This document shows positions 58,549 through 64,000 of a stretch of DNA of 64,000 nt, one piece after another. The DNA lies in assembly GCA_963704905.1 (NCBI GenBank), contig CAVPHZ010000002.1, positions 634 through 64,633 of the forward strand. The letters run 5' to 3'. The notes below the pieces were generated by a model. It worked only from the letters and a program-made list of their open reading frames with translations, was not told where the DNA came from and made no database searches. The position numbers were made by a program, and so were the translations under genes. Each line of letters opens with the position of its first letter. Position 1 is the stretch's first letter. The stretch comes from Candidatus Chisholmbacteria bacterium (lineage in GTDB: Bacteria; Patescibacteriota; Microgenomatia; UBA1400; Chisholmbacteraceae).

Positions 58549-59465
58549 AAATACTAGTTACAGGTGGAGCGGGTTTCATCGCTTCCCACATTGTTGATAA
58601 GTACATTGAGCTCGGACACGAAGTTGCTATTCTTGATGATCTTTCAACTGGGGTTAGTCAGAACATCAACAGCAAGTCACACTTTATAAAAGTTGATATT
58701 CGTAGTCAAGAGGCTGCCGAGCTTCTCAGTGATTTTAAGCCAGAAATCGTAAATCATCACGCTGCCCAGATAGATCTGCGAAAATCTGTGGAAAATCCTG
58801 CACATGATGCAGACATTAATATTTTGGGTTTACTCAATCTCATGCAGGCAATCATTTTAATTGAATCTGTAAAAAAAGTTATTTTCGCTTCAACTGGGGG
58901 AGCCATCTATGGTGATACAGAAACACTTCCCACTCCCGAAGACTATCCCACGAGTCCAGCATCACCATATGGAATTGCAAAGCTTGCAAGTGAATACTAC
59001 CTTAGCTATTATCAGAAAATACATAACATACCGTTTGTGAGCCTCCGCTATGGCAATGTGTATGGACCACGACAAAATCCTCACGGTGAAGCAGGCGTGG
59101 TCGCAATTTTTTCAAAAATGCTTCTTAAAGGCTTGCATCCTTTGATCAATGGAAACGGATTACAGACAAGGGACTTTGTATTCGTTTCTGATGTTGTGGA
59201 AGCAAACGTCAAGGCGCTTGAGGAGAGCACCAACGGAATTTACAATATTGCCACCGGGAAAGAAACCAACATCAACACAATATTTGAGAGTCTAGCACAG
59301 GAAGTTTCTCCCGAGCTAAGAGCAAAGCATGGTCCTGCAAAACCCGGAGAGCAAAAACGGAGTTCGCTCGATTGCTCCAAGGCCAAACAAGAACTCGGTT
59401 GGGAAGCCAAAACTGATCTTCAATCTGGAATTAAGCAAACGCTTTCCTACTTCAAAACAGCATGA
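58545..59465 (+). CDS. NAD-dependent epimerase, UDP-glucose/UDP-GlcNAc 4-epimerase-like
   Basis: MKILVTGGAGFI, HHAAQ, ASTGGAIYG, SPYGIAK, LRYGNVYGPRQ, GEAGVV and QTRDFV motifs. Confidence 0.92.
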   Translation: MKILVTGGAGFIASHIVDKYIELGHEVAILDDLSTGVSQNINSKSHFIKVDIRSQEAAELLSDFKPEIVNHHAAQIDLRKSVENPAHDADINILGLLNLMQAIILIESVKKVIFASTGGAIYGDTETLPTPEDYPTSPASPYGIAKLASEYYLSYYQKIHNIPFVSLRYGNVYGPRQNPHGEAGVVAIFSKMLLKGLHPLINGNGLQTRDFVFVSDVVEANVKALEESTNGIYNIATGKETNINTIFESLAQEVSPELRAKHGPAKPGEQKRSSLDCSKAKQELGWEAKTDLQSGIKQTLSYFKTA

Positions 59466-60145
59466 AACTGACGCTTATCATTCCTGCCTTCAACGAGGAA
59501 AGAGTCATAACCCAAGTCCTTCGTAATGCCAAAAAGGAGCTATCCGGTATACCTAACCTTGAGATTGTCGTGGTCGATGATGGTTCATCTGATGCAACAT
59601 CATCAAGAGCGCAAGAGCAAAATGTGACTGTCCTGCGACATCCAATTAACCGTGGTCTTGGAGGAGCACTTGGGACAGGCTTAGAATATGCAAAACGACA
59701 TAACACAGATATTGCAGTGACATTCGATGCTGACGGTCAGCATGATGCAAAGGATATCAGGAGAGTAATTGAACCTATTGTAAAAAACAAAGCCGACGTA
59801 GTGATCGGATCAAGAACTCTCGAAGGCTTTAATAAAATTCCATTTGATAGAAAAGTAATAATACTCTTAAGCAATGTCGTAACCAGGTTACTCTATGGCC
59901 TGAAAACAACTGATTCTCAGTCGGGTTTTCGGGCTTTTTCAAGAACAGCGTTGCAGCTATTGAATATTAAAACCCAAGGAATGGAAGTCTCTACTGAGTT
60001 TTTTTCAGAGATCAAAACAAAAAAATTAGAGTGTACAGAAATACCAATTTCAGTGATATATTCTGAGTACTCCCGAAGTAAGGGCCAGTCAAATTTGAAT
60101 GCGTTTTCAGTTTTAGCTAGACTACTGCTGCGGATAGCGAGGTAA
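59462..60145 (+). CDS. GT2 polyprenol-phosphate sugar synthase (GacI/PpgS-like)
   Basis: IPAFNEE, VDDGS, HPINRGLGGAL, TFDADGQH and DSQSGFRA motifs; followed by DUF2304. Confidence 0.9.
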   Translation: MKLTLIIPAFNEERVITQVLRNAKKELSGIPNLEIVVVDDGSSDATSSRAQEQNVTVLRHPINRGLGGALGTGLEYAKRHNTDIAVTFDADGQHDAKDIRRVIEPIVKNKADVVIGSRTLEGFNKIPFDRKVIILLSNVVTRLLYGLKTTDSQSGFRAFSRTALQLLNIKTQGMEVSTEFFSEIKTKKLECTEIPISVIYSEYSRSKGQSNLNAFSVLARLLLRIAR

Positions 60146-60156
60146 CAGTAATCAAT

Positions 60157-60531
60157 ATGTCATTCTTATATCTTCCCATACAGTTTCTCATGCTGATGTT
60201 TCTCCTCTTTGCTTTCACAAGGGTTTTTCTTCGATTAAGAGAGGGAACGATAAGCCCCGGAATGTTTTTGTTTTGGTCTGGAATTTGGATTCTCGCCTCC
60301 GTTGGAGTCATAGAGCCTGGGTTCACTACCTGGGTAGCAAATCGTATAGGAATTGGCAGAGGAGTGGACGCAATAATTTACATCTCCCTATTACTGTTGT
60401 TTTATCTGATGTATAGAACCAATGTATTTATTGAGAATTTGAGACATGAAATAACTGAACTGACAAGAAAAATTGCTCTAGAGCAAAAAAATGAATTAAA
60501 ACAGGCAAAAAAAAATCGTAGAAAGAACTAG
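60157..60531 (+). CDS. DUF2304-family small membrane protein (GacJ-like)
   Basis: Three TM segments, W...W, GIGRG.D, and an ITELTRKIAL coiled tail; directly after a DPM-like GT2. Confidence 0.85.
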   Translation: MSFLYLPIQFLMLMFLLFAFTRVFLRLREGTISPGMFLFWSGIWILASVGVIEPGFTTWVANRIGIGRGVDAIIYISLLLLFYLMYRTNVFIENLRHEITELTRKIALEQKNELKQAKKNRRKN

Positions 60532-60533
60532 GT

Positions 60534-60575
60534 ATGACCCATAACAATATTTCTCAGCCTGAAGCAGCACAGTGA
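60534..60575 (+). other. Possible 13-aa bridging mini-ORF MTHNNISQPEAAQ*
   Basis: ATG 2 nt after the upstream TAG; its TGA overlaps GTG 60572. Confidence 0.35.
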
Positions 60576-61666
60576 AAATCCTTCTTGTTACTGAATATTT
60601 TCCCAAGAATGAAAATAAAAAGATGCTTGGCGGTGTACAAGTACGAACGTATTATGTTTCAAAGTACCTCCAAAAGCGGCACACTATCAGTGTCACAAGT
60701 CTAGATCAAGGTAGTATAGAAGCAACGACTGCTTCGATTCTTCGTCGCCTTCAATTTTCCCTAAAAACCGCACTGTCAACCCCTCAGCCAAAACCAGATA
60801 TCATCGAGGCTTCAAACGTAACTGCGTATATTCCCGCGTACCTACTTGGAAAAAGGCTACATATTCCAGTAGTCGTCTGGATTCCAGATGTCATCGGCTT
60901 TGCTCAATGGAGACGCTATTTTAGTCTCCCGGTTGCGCTGGTGGGTAGTCTGATTGAAGAGATTAGTCTTAGGCTCCCATTCTCAGGGATGATTGCAATG
61001 AGCCAGAGCACGAAAGAGAAAATACGAAAACGAGGAGTAATGTCTGAACAAATTAGCGTGGTATATGGAGGAGTTGAAGTAGAGAAGGTGAATAAAATGA
61101 AGGTTGAGAAAAATAAGAGACCTACAATTTGCGCAATTGCCCGGCTTGTATCATATAAAAGACTTGAGGACCTTCTCAATGCACTTCCGCAGATAAAAAC
61201 CGAAATTGAGGACATTCAGTGTGTCATTATTGGTGATGGTCCGGAAAGAAATAATCTCCAGAATCAAATAAACAGACTACGGCTAACTCAACATGTCACC
61301 TTACTCGGGAGTTTAAGTCACGAAGAGACCCTGAGGAGGTTAAAACAGTCTCATGTATTCTGCCTCCCCTCACTGGTTGAGGGATTTGGCATTGTAACCG
61401 TTGAAGCCATGGCTGCCGGAATTCCCTATGTTAGCAGCCGCATAAAACCTACTGTCGAAATAACGCATGGTGGAAGAGGCGGTTTGCTTTTCAGTCCAAA
61501 AGATTCATCAGATCTAGCAAAAAATGTTATCAGGCTCTTAAAGGATGAAGTGCTATATGAAAATAAGAAACAGCAGGGATTGAAGTTAGCCCGAAGTTTC
61601 GATTGGAGCATCATAGCGCAACAGACACTAAAAGCGTATCAACAGGCTGTTACTTTATCAAATTAA
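60572..61666 (+). CDS. GT4 glycosyltransferase
   Basis: MKILLVTEYFP...GG, ARLVSYK, GDGP and PSLVEGFGIVTVEAMAAG motifs. Confidence 0.93.
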   Translation: MKILLVTEYFPKNENKKMLGGVQVRTYYVSKYLQKRHTISVTSLDQGSIEATTASILRRLQFSLKTALSTPQPKPDIIEASNVTAYIPAYLLGKRLHIPVVVWIPDVIGFAQWRRYFSLPVALVGSLIEEISLRLPFSGMIAMSQSTKEKIRKRGVMSEQISVVYGGVEVEKVNKMKVEKNKRPTICAIARLVSYKRLEDLLNALPQIKTEIEDIQCVIIGDGPERNNLQNQINRLRLTQHVTLLGSLSHEETLRRLKQSHVFCLPSLVEGFGIVTVEAMAAGIPYVSSRIKPTVEITHGGRGGLLFSPKDSSDLAKNVIRLLKDEVLYENKKQQGLKLARSFDWSIIAQQTLKAYQQAVTLSN

Positions 61667-61684
61667 ACTAAATCATTATCCATA

Positions 61685-61693
61685 TGTTAGAAT
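61685..61693 (+). promoter_or_regulatory. Putative extended -10 promoter (TG-T-TAGAAT)
   Basis: Lies in a 43-nt gap, 16 nt upstream of ATG 61710. Confidence 0.55.
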
Positions 61694-61709
61694 AACATTC
61701 CAAAATTGT

Positions 61710-62723
61710 ATGAAAAACAAAAGAGTTCTCATTACTGGAGGAGCAGGTTTCATCGGAGCAAATATCGCGAGACACTATCTCGAAAAGGGGTATGAAGTCA
61801 CAATTTACGATAATTTATTTCGGAAGAATGTTGAGACCAATGTCAGATGGCTCAAGCGACAGTTTAGAAAGAATCTTCTGGTTACGATAGCTGATGTAAG
61901 GAACTTCACGAAACTGAAAAACGCCGTAAAAGGGAAAGATGTTATCTTCCATTGCGCAGGTCAAACGGCGGTAACCACGTCAATCGAAGATCCAAGACAA
62001 GATTACGAGATGAACGCTCAAGGTACTTTTAATGTTCTAGAGTCAATGCGTCAACTTCATTATAAGGGGATGATGTTTTATTGCTCGACAAATAAAGTAT
62101 ATGGAGAGATGAGCAGAGTCCGGACAACTTCCCGGGGAAAGCGGTACGTATCTATCGAATCACCCAGCATCGATGAGTCTGAACGTATCTCATTCTACTC
62201 GCCGTATGGTTGTTCAAAGGGCAGCGGAGATCAGTACACTTTAGATTACGCCAGAATATACGGATTAAAAACAGTAGTATTTCGTCAGTCATGTATATAC
62301 GGTGCACACCAGTTTGGAGTTGAAGATCAAGGCTGGGTGGCACACTTTGCAGCATCAGCAATTCTTGACAAAACCTTAAAAATATACGGAGACGGGAAAC
62401 AGGTTCGAGATATTTTATACATCGATGATCTGGTTCGGGCTTTCGACAAAGCCTATCGGAATTCTTCGACTACGGCAGGACAGGTATATAACATAGGAGG
62501 AGGAATTGACAACACAGTTTCATTAATTGAACTGACGGAGATATTGGAGAAGATCACAGGCAGGAAAATGAAAATGAAGTTCGCTAAGGAACGTAAAGGC
62601 GATCAAAAGTATTACGTCTCAAATATTGACAAAGCCTATAGAGACTTCCACTGGAAGCCAAAAATATCAGTGGAAAGAGGAATTCACATGCTCTACGAAT
62701 GGCTTGAGGAATCCTTGACATAG
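61710..62723 (+). CDS. CDP-paratose 2-epimerase (RfbE/Tyv)-like extended SDR
   Basis: ITGGAGFIG, AGQTAVTTS, STNKVYG, SPYGCSKG, FRQSCIYG, EDQGWVA and GDGKQVRD motifs. Confidence 0.88.
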   Translation: MKNKRVLITGGAGFIGANIARHYLEKGYEVTIYDNLFRKNVETNVRWLKRQFRKNLLVTIADVRNFTKLKNAVKGKDVIFHCAGQTAVTTSIEDPRQDYEMNAQGTFNVLESMRQLHYKGMMFYCSTNKVYGEMSRVRTTSRGKRYVSIESPSIDESERISFYSPYGCSKGSGDQYTLDYARIYGLKTVVFRQSCIYGAHQFGVEDQGWVAHFAASAILDKTLKIYGDGKQVRDILYIDDLVRAFDKAYRNSSTTAGQVYNIGGGIDNTVSLIELTEILEKITGRKMKMKFAKERKGDQKYYVSNIDKAYRDFHWKPKISVERGIHMLYEWLEESLT

Positions 62724-62765
62724 ACTGTTAATTTACTATTTCTTCAGATATTCCTAGAAAATGAC

Positions 62766-63779
62766 ATGGGAAAAATCCGGATTGCAACTCTCATTGACGC
62801 ATGGTTTCCATTTGTCGGCGGTGGTCAGGTGCATGTGCAAGAGTTGACTAAAGCTCTATCACCAAAGTGTGACTTTACAATCTTTCACTCCGATTCTGCA
62901 AGCTCAGCATCAAGAGCAGCGTGGTCGATCAGCGTGATCCCAAAAGTCATCAAAGAAAATAAGAAAAAAAAGTTTGATCTCATCCACGCACATGCTTTTA
63001 TCAGCGGTTTCCCGGCTAAAATTCTTTCAAAAATATTACATATTCCTGTTGTATTCACAGTGCACGGCAGTCACACGTTAGATCTTTGGAATTACTCCAA
63101 GGAATCAGTGAATGATGATATCCATGTATCTTGGGGAAAATATCTTCTGGAAAAGTGGTTGCTGACGCAGATTAAATATGATCGTCTAATTTCTGTAAGT
63201 AGCAGCTTCTTATCATACAAAAACCTGAATACCAATATGTCAGTGATCCCGAATGGAGTAGATACCACAAAGTTTGACAGAGTCCATGTAAGAAAGAAAA
63301 ACAATTTTACACTTATCTTTGTCGGTAGAGACGACCCCGTGAAAGGTATGAAGTATTTAGAAAAAGCAATGCAAATGATCAAACAATCAAACAGGCAGGT
63401 AAAGTTATTGAGAATATCAGATGGAAGACGTAAAGGAAAAAAACTTATTGAAGCATATAAATCAGCTCATCTTTTTGTGCTTCCGTCACTTGCGGAAGGA
63501 CAGCCGATCTCTCTTCTCGAAGCCTGGTCGGCCAAGCTCCCTGTCATTGTCACAGATGTGGGGGATAATAGACGATTAGTTAAGAATGGAGTCAATGGCT
63601 ATCTAGTACCTCCTGCAGATGCTGCTGTACTCGCAAATACGATTCTGAAAGCAATGAAAAACCCTAACCTTGCCAAGCTTGGCTTGTCAGGATACAATCT
63701 GGTCAAGAAAAGCTATTCTTGGGATAACATGGCAAATAAAACACTCAAAGTCTATAAGGAGGTTCTAGATGGCAATTAA
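62766..63779 (+). CDS. GT4 glycosyltransferase
   Basis: WFP.VGGG, IHAH, TVHG, IPNGVD, VGR...VKG and PSLAEGQPISLLEA motifs. Confidence 0.92.
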   Translation: MGKIRIATLIDAWFPFVGGGQVHVQELTKALSPKCDFTIFHSDSASSASRAAWSISVIPKVIKENKKKKFDLIHAHAFISGFPAKILSKILHIPVVFTVHGSHTLDLWNYSKESVNDDIHVSWGKYLLEKWLLTQIKYDRLISVSSSFLSYKNLNTNMSVIPNGVDTTKFDRVHVRKKNNFTLIFVGRDDPVKGMKYLEKAMQMIKQSNRQVKLLRISDGRRKGKKLIEAYKSAHLFVLPSLAEGQPISLLEAWSAKLPVIVTDVGDNRRLVKNGVNGYLVPPADAAVLANTILKAMKNPNLAKLGLSGYNLVKKSYSWDNMANKTLKVYKEVLDGN

Positions 63780-63942
63780 AAAAGATCTCATTGATATCCT
63801 TGCATGTCCGGACTGCAGAGGAGATATTAAGTATTCTAAGAGAGGAAAAAAAGAATCTTTAAAGTGCGTTAAATGCAAGCGAGTCTTTGAGGTAAAAGAC
63901 GGTATCCCCATTATGCTGCCAAAGGACTTCAAAATCGAATAA
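63769..63942 (+). CDS. Trm112/YcaR-like zinc-finger protein (57 aa; not in the ORF track)
   Basis: MAIKKDLIDILACPDCRGDIKYSKRGKKESLKCVKCKRVFEVKDGIPIMLPKDFKIE* matches the LACPxC...CxxC...GIP.ML pattern; SD TAAGGAGGT at 63755-63763. Confidence 0.9.
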   Translation: MAIKKDLIDILACPDCRGDIKYSKRGKKESLKCVKCKRVFEVKDGIPIMLPKDFKIE

Positions 63943-63959
63943 CAGCTACTCCACAACCT

Positions 63960-64000
63960 ATGAGAATTGTTGTTATCGCCGCAGACCTCATGCCAGACAA
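63960..64000 (+). CDS. Start of the next CDS (MRIVVIAADLMPD...), probably a GT4; truncated by window edge
   Basis: The M-R-I-hydrophobic strand ending in P resembles the GT4 N-termini at 60572 and 62766; only 13 codons are visible. Confidence 0.4.
   Translation, partial: MRIVVIAADLMPD

Noticed and set aside
60507-60515. A9 run as a phase-variation tract in DUF2304
   Set aside because: It lies in the last few codons; slippage would alter only the tail, and A-runs are common in this AT-rich sequence.
77-63956. Dozens of 60-140 aa alternative-frame and antisense ORFs in the track
   Set aside because: They lie within well-supported CDSs, carry no recognisable motifs, and are expected shadow ORFs.
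1-64000. CRISPR arrays, tRNA/rRNA, IS/integrase, DGR or tandem DNA repeats explaining the paralog expansion
   Set aside because: None seen by eye; gaps are too short (under 100 nt) and the paralogs are diverged at DNA level. A self dot-plot would be needed to exclude subtle repeats.

Overview
The whole 64 kb is the interior of one very large, almost single-stranded surface-glycosylation locus: about 50 genes, all but one on the + strand, joined mostly by ATGA/GTGA overlaps or gaps of a few bases. Both ends run off the window. It encodes about 23 predicted GT-C-fold polytopic membrane glycosyltransferases (ArnT/PMT-like, YfhO, 'PTPS-related', MptA/B-like, PIG-V-like, and a pair with an STT3-like C-terminal domain). 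It also encodes six polyprenol-phosphate-sugar synthases (GT2; one fused to GtrA, one paired with DUF2304), five other GT2s, four complete GT4s plus a probable fifth cut by the edge, a Wzx flippase, three SAM methyltransferases, a Trm112-like protein, an HD protein, a clan-A glycoside hydrolase, and nucleotide-sugar enzymes (Ugd, Gmd, Rmd-like, two further SDR epimerases). Gene content and style suggest a Patescibacteria/CPR (Microgenomates-like) genome; this is inference. The candidate novel system is a multi-donor extracytoplasmic glycosylation platform based on lipid-phosphate sugars, evolving by GT-C duplication, fusion, fission and truncation. Three genes in the first 13 kb are frameshifted (sequencing error or real). 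I saw no rRNA, tRNA, CRISPR array, mobile element or clear terminator. All family calls come from motifs read by eye, not from database searches.
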